A stretch of DNA of 64,000 nt from Candidatus Borrarchaeum weybense (GTDB taxonomy: Archaea > Asgardarchaeota > Sifarchaeia > Borrarchaeales > Borrarchaeaceae), in assembly GCA_019057385.1 (NCBI GenBank), contig JAHQJS010000003.1, forward strand, positions 1 through 64,000, given 5' to 3'. Shown one piece after another: positions 1-9,923 of this stretch (the stretch's first letter is position 1; each line of letters opens with the position of its first letter). Below the pieces are notes generated by a model. It did not search any database. It worked only from the letters and a program-made list of their open reading frames with translations, and was not told the DNA's origin. The position numbers were made by a program, and so were the translations under genes.

Positions 1-99
1 AAGGGCTCCTCTTCCACCACTAAGGGCTCCTCTTTCACCACTAAGGGCTCCTCTTTCACCACTAAGGGCTCCTCTTCCACCACTAAGGGCTCCTCTTCT
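1..99. repeat. 21-bp tandem repeat (at least 4.5 copies) encoding (E/K)EEPLVV
   Basis: aagggctcctctt(c/t)caccact repeated with period 21 and no spacers. Confidence 0.95.
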
Positions 100-956
100 T
101 CTTCCTCTTCTTCTATCTCAAGTGCTTCACCTATTATTCTGGTTAGAAGTACATCTCTGAAAAAGTGACCTATATCACGATATTCTTCAGGATTTTTTAC
201 ATAATTTTTCCAATCAACCCATAGTAGCGTAATATATTCATCAACCTTATTTTTTACTTCTAGTGGCATTGTTAAGAAGGTTTGAATTTCATTTACTATA
301 AGTTTTACCAGCGCATTGTTAACATTTTGTTCTTCTTCAGCCAAATCTTCTGGTAGGCTTTTGCTAACTGTATCGCCTAGATTTAATTTCGCGAGGCTGA
401 AAGCAATTTCTTTTAATGCTTCAGTTGTATTCATTATACCTAACGCTAATGACCTTAATCCTAATATTTCACTCATAGAACCGTATTCTTCAGAGAGGGC
501 GTCTACTAAGAAGATTTCAAGGTTGTCAAATTTAAAGGGTATGAGGGTTAAACTCTCAATACGTTTAAAACTCTCTTTTACATCTTTCTTAATACTTTTC
601 AATGCATTTTGAAAGGATTCAAGTTTTGGTTGAAGTTCTTCTCGCCACACGTTTAAATACCGATCTACATCACCTAGAAGAACTTCTGTTAATCTAGCCG
701 CAAACCCAGAGAAGATCTGATTGACTGTTGCTGGGATTTCATCGGGCATAACTAAATCGGAAAGTCGCTGTTTTAGACTTTGTGAGATAATCGTCTGATT
801 CAAAGCGCGCGCGAATTCGCTGAAGGTACTTGCTGGAGTTAAATTTTCTGCCTTCGCTTTATATTTTTCACTAAATAAGTCTTTAAAGGATTCAGATGCC
901 CGTTCTAGATGATAAATGAGATTTTGGAACGGATTTATAATGAACTTTATCTTCAT
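1..956 (-). CDS. Hypothetical protein, runs off the window start; acidic C-terminal region with heptapeptide tandem repeats
   Basis: Not in the ORF track. ATG at 956 preceded by SD AGGTGA; open frame MKIKFIINPFQNLIYHLERASESF...EIEEEEEEEEPLVVEEEPLVVKEEPLVV... to the window edge. Confidence 0.8.
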   Translation of the reverse strand, partial: MKIKFIINPFQNLIYHLERASESFKDLFSEKYKAKAENLTPASTFSEFARALNQTIISQSLKQRLSDLVMPDEIPATVNQIFSGFAARLTEVLLGDVDRYLNVWREELQPKLESFQNALKSIKKDVKESFKRIESLTLIPFKFDNLEIFLVDALSEEYGSMSEILGLRSLALGIMNTTEALKEIAFSLAKLNLGDTVSKSLPEDLAEEEQNVNNALVKLIVNEIQTFLTMPLEVKNKVDEYITLLWVDWKNYVKNPEEYRDIGHFFRDVLLTRIIGEALEIEEEEEEEEPLVVEEEPLVVKEEPLVVKEEPLVVEEEP

Positions 957-1100
957 CAGAGTCACCTAAGGAAAAAATGATGCGCTCCTATTTATTTTCT
1001 ACGATGAAAAATCAATATTTCGGAGTACTAAATTTGCTATCAAGTTTGCAATAGGCCCGTTCCCATTAAATTGGGTTATATTTCGTTTGTTTTTCAAACC

Positions 1101-2360
1101 TTAGGCATTGTCAATTGAAATTGTGATATCTTCTTCAAGTTCTTTACGAAAATTCTTCTCTAAAGCTTTCTTTATTGTATTAATTCGATCTTCACACCAA
1201 CTTTTTTCTGCAATAACTTTTGAAAATTCAAGCTGTACTTCAGATTCCCTTTTTTCTTGTTCGTGTAATTTCTTATTTAATTGGTCTTGAGTCGCAAATA
1301 ATTCCTGTGAATTGCTGATTAATGTTTTCTTTTCAGTAAGTAGCTCTTTAAGGTCTTTCTGTAGTGAAAGAATTGAATCATCCAAAACTTGTTCTACCTT
1401 TGTCTTAATTTTTGGGATGAGTTTTTTCTTCACCTCAAGACGATTCATTTCCAAACGTTCTTGGATTTCAAGAAGAAGTGCCTTTAAATTTGGATAACCA
1501 AGCACTTCTGACGTGAAAGTTTCAAATGGATCATCCATATATCCTTCCAGTGCAATTTTTTTATCCTCTGAAATATTAGTTAAACCATCGTCCACACTTT
1601 TATTGAATTTTTTAAAAGGTTTATCTAGAATAATACGTAGTGCTTGAGTAAATTTCATCTGCTTTTTCTTTAATTTTCCATCAATTTCATGCAACTCAAC
1701 AAAAACAGGTTCTTTCTTGATAGATACCTTCTGTTTTATGATTTCATCTTTTCCACTTTCGACTTCTTCAATCAAGCCTTCGCATTGTGACTGCATTATA
1801 TTAAGTTCAGAAAGTCTATCTTTTAATTTACGTAATTCTGCTATTCTCTCAAAATTTTTTTCAATAATTTGGACATAATCGTAATCCCTAGTGAGTTCCT
1901 CTAGCTTCTTCTGACTTTTCCCGATGTCTTTGAGAAAGTAAGAAAGTTCGGTGATTTCTCGCTTTAATAGTTTAGCCTTAGAAATCGGTGGTACATAGCG
2001 TCTTCCAGCATCAGTGATAGTTCGTGTGAGAATTGTTAATTCGTCTTTTACACTCTTTAAATCCGAAAATTCGACTTCATCTAGGGTGGGAAGGGTTATA
2101 TGATTAACAGAATCTTTAATAGAAGAAGCTAATCTATTTGCGCATTTTATAGCAGTTTCATGGATTTTATCACTTGCTGATTCGGTAGGTCCTGTATGTT
2201 CTTCACTTAGTTTTTCGCATGTGGATTCCATAAACTCGAACGTCTGTTCAATTTTATCAAATGCCTTACGTGCATCTTTTCTGAAGTTCTCCATTTCTTT
2301 GTGCATTATTTGTGAGTACCAATTAGATAACTCATCAATTTGAATAATTTGAGTCTTCAA
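1101..2360 (-). CDS. Long coiled-coil hypothetical protein
   Basis: 419-aa ORF rich in E/K/L heptads; TTG start after GGGGTG SD; no recognisable catalytic motif. Confidence 0.75.
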   Translation of the reverse strand: MKTQIIQIDELSNWYSQIMHKEMENFRKDARKAFDKIEQTFEFMESTCEKLSEEHTGPTESASDKIHETAIKCANRLASSIKDSVNHITLPTLDEVEFSDLKSVKDELTILTRTITDAGRRYVPPISKAKLLKREITELSYFLKDIGKSQKKLEELTRDYDYVQIIEKNFERIAELRKLKDRLSELNIMQSQCEGLIEEVESGKDEIIKQKVSIKKEPVFVELHEIDGKLKKKQMKFTQALRIILDKPFKKFNKSVDDGLTNISEDKKIALEGYMDDPFETFTSEVLGYPNLKALLLEIQERLEMNRLEVKKKLIPKIKTKVEQVLDDSILSLQKDLKELLTEKKTLISNSQELFATQDQLNKKLHEQEKRESEVQLEFSKVIAEKSWCEDRINTIKKALEKNFRKELEEDITISIDNA

Positions 2361-2737
2361 TCAAAACACCCCAAAGATAATATCAAAGGCACTAAAAAGT
2401 GTATGAGTTCATTGAACAGAGTTACAAGGAGTTTATTGATCAACAAACTAATTTATACGACATTATATTTACAAAGATTTAAACCTTATTTAAAAGGCTT
2501 TAGATTTACATCTGAAAAAAAACAGGATTTAACACGAAAATCAATAGAAAAATGAAATTAGTAGATCTCTTGAATTAGAGAAACTAAAATGATCTTAGAT
2601 ATTTCCAATCAACCTTATGTGTCAATTCTGCGCTAAACGTTGACTTTATTAGGTTTTAAACTAAAAAAAAGGCGAGGAGTTATTTGAATGATCATTTAGC
2701 ATGTATTGTATATGCTTCGGTGAACAGATTTGTACGT

Positions 2738-3979
2738 TCACCCATCTTCTGAGTGAACACGATAATGATCTATAGCAGGTTCTTTTGCGCCAATAGTCTT
2801 AAGGAACTCCCGAACGGACTTTTCAACGTCTCTTGCTTGCGTAATGTATCGTCCAACAATAACAATATCTGCACCTTTCTCTAAGGCATCTTTAGTATTT
2901 TCAGGACGAATTCCGCCTGCAACAGCGACAAGGAATTTCTTATCACTAAACTCTTGTTTAACTTCCTTTATGAGATCCCAACGTGATTTTTCGCCAGAAG
3001 TTTCTGTATCAATTCCTCTATGGAAGATTAAAACATCGGGGATATCATCCAAAGATTTTAATTTTTCGATGATATTCGTTACATTCATTAAATCAACTAT
3101 AGCATAGATACCTAGACGTTTTGCTTCGTAAATAAACTTGTTTAATGTGTCAACTGTTGCAAGTCCAGAACACACAACTGCATCTGCTGTTTCTTCATAG
3201 GCCAAGTCCACTTCTACTTTACCAACATCCAGGGTTTTAAGGTCGGCTATAATGAATAGATCTGGAACTACTTCTCGCAGTTCACGAAGCACTCGAACAC
3301 CATATTTCTTAATGAGAGGCGTCCCTGCTTCAAGAATAAGTCGATCGCTTTTTGGGATTTCGTTTCTTATCATTTCCTTTATTCTGTTAATGCTAGTAAT
3401 ATCTAGAGCGATCTGTAAATAAGGAGGACGCCATAATCGCGGTACATTAAAGCCCATAATTGGATGTTTGGCTCGATCCTTATCATAAAGGACTTTTTCT
3501 AACGGAGGGTAATTGACCAATGCTCGCTTTAATGCTAATTTCGTTGCCCCATAATTATAATTGTAAATTCTCCGATAATCTTTCGCTTCCGGGTGAATAA
3601 AAACAGAAGCTATTATCACAATTTTATCAAAATCGACATCATCTGGAAAAATTCCTTCTTCTACAGCATCAGCTACTGCTTTTGCCACTGCATACTGTGC
3701 TGGTCCAAATATTTTGGCAGCCTGTTCCATGTTTTTTACTGTAACTTTCGGTACAATCAAAGTTTGAGGTTTTGGGGGCAAATTCGGACGAATAACTGCA
3801 AGTAAAGGAGTATGTCCCGCTGAAAGTGTAGTTAGACCTTGTGCAAATGCCTGTCCGACAGGTCCTTCTTTACTTCCAATAAGTAAATCAACATGCGCAA
3901 GTTCTGGTTCATGCCCTAACAAAGCTTCTCCGATCAGCATATCTAAAATTTCCATCGCCTCCATTGAGATAATCTTCAT
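2738..3979 (-). CDS. fae-hps: Bifunctional formaldehyde-activating enzyme / 3-hexulose-6-phosphate synthase
   Basis: N-terminal Fae ([42 protein letters not shown]); C-terminal HPS barrel ([29 protein letters not shown]). Confidence 0.95.
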   Translation of the reverse strand: MKIISMEAMEILDMLIGEALLGHEPELAHVDLLIGSKEGPVGQAFAQGLTTLSAGHTPLLAVIRPNLPPKPQTLIVPKVTVKNMEQAAKIFGPAQYAVAKAVADAVEEGIFPDDVDFDKIVIIASVFIHPEAKDYRRIYNYNYGATKLALKRALVNYPPLEKVLYDKDRAKHPIMGFNVPRLWRPPYLQIALDITSINRIKEMIRNEIPKSDRLILEAGTPLIKKYGVRVLRELREVVPDLFIIADLKTLDVGKVEVDLAYEETADAVVCSGLATVDTLNKFIYEAKRLGIYAIVDLMNVTNIIEKLKSLDDIPDVLIFHRGIDTETSGEKSRWDLIKEVKQEFSDKKFLVAVAGGIRPENTKDALEKGADIVIVGRYITQARDVEKSVREFLKTIGAKEPAIDHYRVHSEDG

Positions 3980-4059
3980 TTAACTAGTTATCAAAATATT
4001 AGGCAATTAATCCTAGGTAATCTTACCTTATTTATTTATCTGGCTTAAATCCTTATAAG

Positions 4060-4625
4060 GTGAACTACCTCACGCTAAAGCAGTGAGGCTTCCTGTTTCT
4101 GCAACCATACTTGCCTCAACATAGGCTATCTGGTTCAGATAATCCAACGCTAAGGTAGAGGTATTAGTCTCCTCAGGCGTAACTTCGGTAGGTCCCCTAC
4201 CTAGTATTCTATGACCTTCGTGTTCTAACACACAACTGCTGTTATAATCACGATCTATCACCAGACCGCAGTATTGACACTCATAGGTACGTTCGGCTAA
4301 ACCTATAGCGCACTGATGACCGCAACGTGAACAGGTCTTTGTGGAGGGGAAGAAACGGTCAACTTCCACCGACACTTCATGTGTTTACGCCGCTTCTTAG
4401 TGTCCTTTAAGGTAGCTTTGATCCGTTCGTTCTTTGTTAACATGGTATGAGTGCTCCGCACAACTTACAATAACTCGTTAATAATGTACAACATAATTGC
4501 TCACTCTGTGTACTCCATCCCTGTTTATAAACTCAGCAAAAAGTAGCACAAAGTTAAAAAATGTAAAATACTGACACCATTCATCCCCAGGCTAAAGTTA
4601 TGGGGCTTTTTTGTGTCGTAACAAG
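4060..4625 (-). mobile_element. Internally deleted IS200/IS605-family tnpB mini-element with both end hairpins (outer boundary approximate)
   Basis: Right end AGCCTCACTGCTTTAGCGTGAGGTAGTTCAC; other end hairpin ccccaggctaaagttatgggg at about 4586-4606; tnpB N- and C-terminal fragments between them. Confidence 0.8.
4070..4443 (-). pseudogene. tnpB: tnpB remnant (N-terminal helix fused out of frame to the zinc-ribbon/RuvC-III tail)
   Basis: ATG at 4443 gives MLTKNERIKATLKDTKKRRKHMKCR; another frame gives VEVDRFFPSTKTCSRCG...CQYCGLVIDRDYNSS; RuvC-I/II core absent. Confidence 0.85.
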
Positions 4626-4683
4626 TAAACTAATTCTCAATACATTGAAAGGGACTTCTTGCTCCCCAATTCGCAATAAAACA

Positions 4684-5622
4684 TTAGGTTCCTTCTTCTT
4701 CACCTGATTCGATCATCTTGAAGAATCTAGTCAATTCATCCAAACTTCGCGTCATCTGCGTCCTCAGTTGCTCACTAACTAGTTCAGATTCCTTCCAAAA
4801 TTCGATAGCAACAACTTTTCCTTCTTCGACAATGATTCGGGGAGTATACTCTTCTGCAAAAAAGACACCCTCGGGCATAGATGTAGATGTCATACGTTCC
4901 AATTGCCTCTCGACACGTTCCTCTCCTAGAAATCTTACACTTTTTTCTGAAACTGCATAACAGTCATGTCCTATAATCACTAGTTCACGCAGATATCCAT
5001 CAAGGTGCTCAATTCCGTCAAGTTTTTTCATAACAGAATCAAGATCTGGTTTCGAAGGAGCTATTGAGGGAGTAACTGTGGGAGCAGATTTCTTTTTGTC
5101 TACAGTCTCAGTTGTGGATATTTCAACTCTTTTCTCTACGACGAGGGTCTCTGAAGGTTTTTCCATTTCTGTTGGACTTTCATGAGATTTCAATGTTGGG
5201 GTAGGTACGATATCTGTAAGTTGCATATACGGGGCAGTGTCTTCTGTTGTTACTTTTTTAGTAGGAGTTTTAGATTTGCGTTTGGCACGAGGTGTTACCT
5301 TTTCAGTCTTTTTAATAGGCTTAGGTGTAGTAGAAGGTTCAGCGCCACTGATTAATGCTTTGAAATCAGGATCGTCCTCCCCTTCATCGAGACTGTGAAC
5401 TTTGAAGGTAAAACCAATATCTTGTCGTAATTCTGTAGCTGCACGTGCTCCTAGGAATTTCTTTCTTATACGCGCATTGGCACCTTTATAGATCCAGATG
5501 TCTTTTCCAGACTCATCAACGATCAGATAGACTTCTTCACTATCAAGTTGATCTTTATTTTGAAAAGGAAGTTCATTATATTCTCCTTCATCTGTGATTA
5601 TAAACAACCGTACTTTGCTCAT
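4684..5622 (-). CDS. Asgard gelsolin-domain protein (single gelsolin domain + K/T/P/E-rich linker + C-terminal domain)
   Basis: LDSEEVYLIVDESGKDIWIYKGANA...ARAATELR...VHSLDEGEDDPDF matches the gelsolin repeat pattern. Confidence 0.8.
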   Translation of the reverse strand: MSKVRLFIITDEGEYNELPFQNKDQLDSEEVYLIVDESGKDIWIYKGANARIRKKFLGARAATELRQDIGFTFKVHSLDEGEDDPDFKALISGAEPSTTPKPIKKTEKVTPRAKRKSKTPTKKVTTEDTAPYMQLTDIVPTPTLKSHESPTEMEKPSETLVVEKRVEISTTETVDKKKSAPTVTPSIAPSKPDLDSVMKKLDGIEHLDGYLRELVIIGHDCYAVSEKSVRFLGEERVERQLERMTSTSMPEGVFFAEEYTPRIIVEEGKVVAIEFWKESELVSEQLRTQMTRSLDELTRFFKMIESGEEEGT

Positions 5623-5789
5623 TTTTGTCAGCCTTTACCTCGATTGAGTCAAAATGATGACAAGGAAAGTAAGAGACAATGCTCACTATTAAAATTTACT
5701 CCAAAAGCAAGAGTTATTATAGCCCCTTTCATTATTAAATTTTTGATTTATATTATATTTTGTGGTAAATCTATCCGAAAAAACGGAGA

Positions 5790-6758
5790 GTGAACTCATC
5801 GAAATTTACCCCCGTTGCAAAATTTCGAGAAAATCTTATTCACGCACCAGAGGATGGATTCATTTCTTTCTTCAATTCTCCTTTTTATTCTCATAAGAAT
5901 ATGACTGGAATCGATATATATCCTAGTCAATTATCGTTCGGAGGTGATGTTCATAGTCCTGTTAGTGGAACTATCAGTAAAATTCAATCCTTTCGCGGTC
6001 ACTCAACATTACCAAATGTATCTAAGCTAGAATATCTTATTCTGGTGCAAAATGATGATGATCCAAGCGTGTATACTAAAATTCTTCATGTTAAACCTGC
6101 TCGCTCGCTCTCTCAAGGCGAGCATGTTGAAATTGGGGACAAAATAGGAGAGTATATACGAAGTTTTTTCTTTGCTCGTTGGACAGATCCACATCTCCAT
6201 GCAGAATTCCGACCAAAAGACGATACTGTGAGAGCGAGAGGGGCATTACAATTGAATCTCTGTCAAAAGCTCGACAATTTTTCTAAAGAATATAGAAAAA
6301 TCAGTGAAACACCTCTTGAAGCAAAGTTAGTTGAACATACACCTAACGCCTTATTCCTTGAAGTTAACGAAGACGCCTTCAGCAAGCATAAACTTACTGG
6401 ATTAAAGGTCAGTATTGAAAAATTGGGAGAAAATGTTTTATTTAGCGGGATAATTGATGCTGGAATACCACATTTTGGACACGGCGGCATTTTTACTGAA
6501 GACGCGTACAGAATTTCCCAAGGGGATATTGTAAAGATTAATGGAATTGCTATTGGCAAAATTTTTGAGACAGATCCTTTTAACAAATTAGTACGTTTTC
6601 GTCCTTATTCTTTTCATATACGTTGGAAAGATATGGCTTTCAAAGGAATTTCTTTTCGGCTCTCTTTAAAAGATAGGTTTATTAAAATTATAACAAAATC
6701 AATGAATTCATTTCAATATCAAATAGGTGATTTTGATATTATCAAGTTTGTATCGTAA
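5790..6758 (+). CDS. Peptidase M23-like protein
   Basis: H..GID, VHSPVSG, HVKP..G..V..GD.IG and DPHLH motifs. Confidence 0.65.
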   Translation: MNSSKFTPVAKFRENLIHAPEDGFISFFNSPFYSHKNMTGIDIYPSQLSFGGDVHSPVSGTISKIQSFRGHSTLPNVSKLEYLILVQNDDDPSVYTKILHVKPARSLSQGEHVEIGDKIGEYIRSFFFARWTDPHLHAEFRPKDDTVRARGALQLNLCQKLDNFSKEYRKISETPLEAKLVEHTPNALFLEVNEDAFSKHKLTGLKVSIEKLGENVLFSGIIDAGIPHFGHGGIFTEDAYRISQGDIVKINGIAIGKIFETDPFNKLVRFRPYSFHIRWKDMAFKGISFRLSLKDRFIKIITKSMNSFQYQIGDFDIIKFVS

Positions 6759-6829
6759 GATATCGACTGATTTTAAAGAAGATTTGATTGTTATTGATAT
6801 TCAGAAAGCCATCATAATAGGGATTATGA

Positions 6830-7363
6830 TTACCATTTTTCATTATGAACCATTTCTTTGTAAGCCCGCCGTTTTGGCATATCTGGTATGTCAGCAGGAT
6901 GTCCAAGTGTTATAATGCCAACAGGACGTACCTCTGCGGGAAGTTTCAGGATTTCCTGCACTGAACGTTCTTTAAATGAGCCTACCCAAGCAGCTCCCAA
7001 GCCTAGTGACACTGCCATTAATAGCATATTCTGAATTGCTGCCCCAGCACTCACAAAACAGTATACCTCGCGTCCTCGAGAGCCATACTTTTTTTCTGCA
7101 ATTTTTGTGTTAGCTGCTACTATGATTGTAACTGGAGATTCTAATACATGTGGTTGTCCTAAAGCTTCTTGAGAAAGGCTATATTTTGTTGTTTTATCAC
7201 GTACGATTATGAATTCCCATGATTGCATATTGCCCGCTGAAGGTGCCAGCATCCCTGCCTCAATGATTTTGCGGACAGTTTCATCAGAAACATCTTCTTC
7301 GGTAAATTTACGAATTGTGCGTCTAGATTTGATTACTTCTTCACCATCCAATAAGATCACCAA
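6830..7363 (-). CDS. Nitroreductase family protein
   Basis: RRTIRKF, APSAGNMQSWEF, NMLLMAVSLGLGAAWVG. Confidence 0.92.
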   Translation of the reverse strand: MVILLDGEEVIKSRRTIRKFTEEDVSDETVRKIIEAGMLAPSAGNMQSWEFIIVRDKTTKYSLSQEALGQPHVLESPVTIIVAANTKIAEKKYGSRGREVYCFVSAGAAIQNMLLMAVSLGLGAAWVGSFKERSVQEILKLPAEVRPVGIITLGHPADIPDMPKRRAYKEMVHNEKW

Positions 7364-7553
7364 CCGATTAAATTAAACAAAGGTTACCATTTCTCGTGAT
7401 GAACTACATCTTCGTAACTTCTTTGTATTATGATTTCATTATCTTAAAAACCATGCATATAAAATCCTAAGATATATGCAAAGTGAAAACAAACCGATTA
7501 AATTAAACAAAGGTTACCATTTCTTATGATGAACTACATCTTCGTAACTTCTT
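7362..7553. repeat. 62-bp direct repeat pair (7362-7423 and 7492-7553)
   Basis: aaccgattaaattaaacaaaggttaccatttct(cg/ta)tgatgaactacatcttcgtaacttctt occurs twice with 2 mismatches. Confidence 0.95.
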
Positions 7554-8035
7554 CGCCTTGGCATTCTTGGCGTTTCAGCAGGATTACCTAGTGGAATAAT
7601 GGCCACAGGTCGAATACCAACAGGTAGTTCAAGGGCTTCTTTCGCCAATACTTCATTAAATGCGCCAACCCAGCAGGTCCCAAGTCCTTTTGACACTGCC
7701 ATCAATAGCATATTCTCAATAGCAGCCGCTGTATCTTGAATACAATACAACTCTTGTCCTCGCGAACCATACCTGCTTGTTGATCGTTTTATGTTAGCAC
7801 AAACGACTATCACAACTGGTGCTTGAGACACAAACCTCTGTCCTAATGCAGCCTCAGCAAGTTTTTGTTTTGTAATCCTATCACGGACGATCAAGAATTC
7901 CCATGGTTGACAATTTCCCGCAGATGGTGCAAATGTCCCAGCCTCAATTATTTGACGCACATCCTCGTCTGAAATATCTTCATCTGTGAATGAGCGAATT
8001 GAACGTCTTCTTAAAATCGCTTCTTGAACATCCAA
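7514..8035 (-). CDS. Nitroreductase family protein (tandem paralogue)
   Basis: RRSIRSF, APSAGNCQPWEF, NMLLMAVSKGLGTCWVG; start refined to TTG 8035 after a GGGTGA SD. Confidence 0.92.
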   Translation of the reverse strand: MDVQEAILRRRSIRSFTDEDISDEDVRQIIEAGTFAPSAGNCQPWEFLIVRDRITKQKLAEAALGQRFVSQAPVVIVVCANIKRSTSRYGSRGQELYCIQDTAAAIENMLLMAVSKGLGTCWVGAFNEVLAKEALELPVGIRPVAIIPLGNPAETPRMPRRRSYEDVVHHKKW

Positions 8036-8061
8036 TAATTTCACCCAACTTGACTTAATTC

Positions 8062-8493
8062 TCAACCTTTGCTCCACGAAAGTGTGGGCATTTTGCCGCC
8101 TTCGGCAGTTGAATGAATGAATAAGATGTTTAACTGATAATCGGATGTATTTGTAATAGTATGTGCGCCTTCGGGGCCTTTAGGACAATAAAAACCCATT
8201 TCAGGTCGTAATTCAGTTTTTTTGCCTTTTGCGTCTTCTAAGGTGCCTGTCCCAGATAGCACGTATTGAAATTCTTCATAATCATGATGATGACTCTCTA
8301 TTATGGCTCCAGGCTCTAAAAATAAATATCCGACAACTAAATTCTCAGTTTGAGTAGGAGAACCTTCACCGCTCAAGACTTTCAAAGTTAATCCATTTAT
8401 ACCAACGTCCAATGCTGGAGCAGATTTGAGGTTAACTATTTCTAAGCCTTTTACTTTCTTCTTCGAACTTTTTGACTTTTTCTTAGAGGGCAT
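8062..8493 (-). CDS. Cupin domain protein
   Basis: HHHDYEEFQYVLSGTG and G..HTITN cupin motifs. Confidence 0.88.
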   Translation of the reverse strand: MPSKKKSKSSKKKVKGLEIVNLKSAPALDVGINGLTLKVLSGEGSPTQTENLVVGYLFLEPGAIIESHHHDYEEFQYVLSGTGTLEDAKGKKTELRPEMGFYCPKGPEGAHTITNTSDYQLNILFIHSTAEGGKMPTLSWSKG

Positions 8494-8713
8494 GAAATAC
8501 TACCTCCCAAAAAACATTTTGAAATAAAATGCATGGTTCTACAGATATAATTCAACTGCTATTTATTTTGAAGGGATAGCTAGCAAACCTTTTTATTCCA
8601 AACTTGGTTTCAGATGCTGCAAATAGTACGATAATATGTTGATTTGGATTAAAAACCTCAAGCTGAAGGATACTTTGTAAAGGAGAATATCTAGAAAACA
8701 CGGTGTAAAATAG

Positions 8714-9889
8714 ATGCAGGTTTCAGGGCAATTAATAGAAGCAGCGATTTACATTCTAATCATTTGGGTGTTCATCTATGTCGCCTACAAAGTTTTTGAT
8801 TTGAAAAATAAAGGCGTTGAACTTGGACCTTTTATCGCGATTTATCGGACTACAAGATTATCTATTATTGAAAAACTTGCGAAAAAATATCCTTCAGCGT
8901 GGAAAATTGCATTTTCAGCTGGAATTGTCATTGGGTTTCTCGGTATGCTTCAAATCATCATTGTTCTCCTACAAAATCTTCTCAATTTCTTCTTCGCACC
9001 ACTTCAGGCCAGCCCGGTTTTACCACTCCTTCCAGGTATTACGATTTCTAACGAATCACTTCCCTTTATTATTTTTGGTCTGGCTGTAGTTCTTTTGACA
9101 CATGAAATATCCCATGGAATTGCAGCACGTATTGAAGGTGTAAATTTAAAATCAGCAGGATTATTATTACTTGCTATTCTTCCTGGAGCTTTTGTTGAAC
9201 CTGAAGAAGAAGATGTGAAGCGTGTCAGCCCAGTCGCGAGATTACGTATTTTTGGTGCAGGATCATTTTCAAATATTGTAACTGCATTTCTAGTTCTCTT
9301 ACTTTTAACAAATTTTGGCTTATTGATTGCACCTCTTTTTGGCCAATCTACAGGTGTCTTAGTGACAGATATAGTTCCGGGGGGTCCATCAGATGGTATA
9401 CTTGAGCGAGGTAATGTTATCTTTTCTATCAACGGTATGCCGACGCAAAATGTACAAGAACTCTCTGATATTCTCTCAAATGTTCAAGCTTTTGAGACTA
9501 TCGAACTTGAAACGGATGAAGGAATAATTCAATTTAAAACCGGTGCACGACCAGATGATCCAGCAAAAGGTTATCTAGGAGTTTTTACGTTCAATTATTA
9601 TCCTTCTCGCTTTGGATTTCTAGGTACATTCTTCCCGCTTCAGTTATTTACACTCCTTCAATGGACTTTCCTACTCACTTTGAATATTGGTCTGCTCAAT
9701 TTGCTGCCCATCTTTTTCCTAGATGGAGATAGGATGCTAACAGAAGTCATTGGTTACTTCAGCCTAAAATTCAATAATTTTAAAATAATTGGAAACGTGA
9801 TTCTAAACGGTATTAGATCTTTCGCTCTTATGGTACTTCTCCTCAACATAATACTAACTTTTGTTAATATGGGACTTGTATCAATTTAA
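8714..9889 (+). CDS. Site-2 protease (M50) with PDZ domain
   Basis: HEISH, GAFVEP, AGSFSN, NLLPIFFLDG; PDZ-like segment; multiple TM helices. Confidence 0.93.
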   Translation: MQVSGQLIEAAIYILIIWVFIYVAYKVFDLKNKGVELGPFIAIYRTTRLSIIEKLAKKYPSAWKIAFSAGIVIGFLGMLQIIIVLLQNLLNFFFAPLQASPVLPLLPGITISNESLPFIIFGLAVVLLTHEISHGIAARIEGVNLKSAGLLLLAILPGAFVEPEEEDVKRVSPVARLRIFGAGSFSNIVTAFLVLLLLTNFGLLIAPLFGQSTGVLVTDIVPGGPSDGILERGNVIFSINGMPTQNVQELSDILSNVQAFETIELETDEGIIQFKTGARPDDPAKGYLGVFTFNYYPSRFGFLGTFFPLQLFTLLQWTFLLTLNIGLLNLLPIFFLDGDRMLTEVIGYFSLKFNNFKIIGNVILNGIRSFALMVLLLNIILTFVNMGLVSI

Positions 9890-9923
9890 ATATTTGAGCA
9901 GACCAAGAAGAGTGTGAGCTTAC

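Noticed and set aside
1-99. 21-bp repeats as a CRISPR array
   Set aside because: The units are head-to-tail with no spacers and lie in frame within a CDS.
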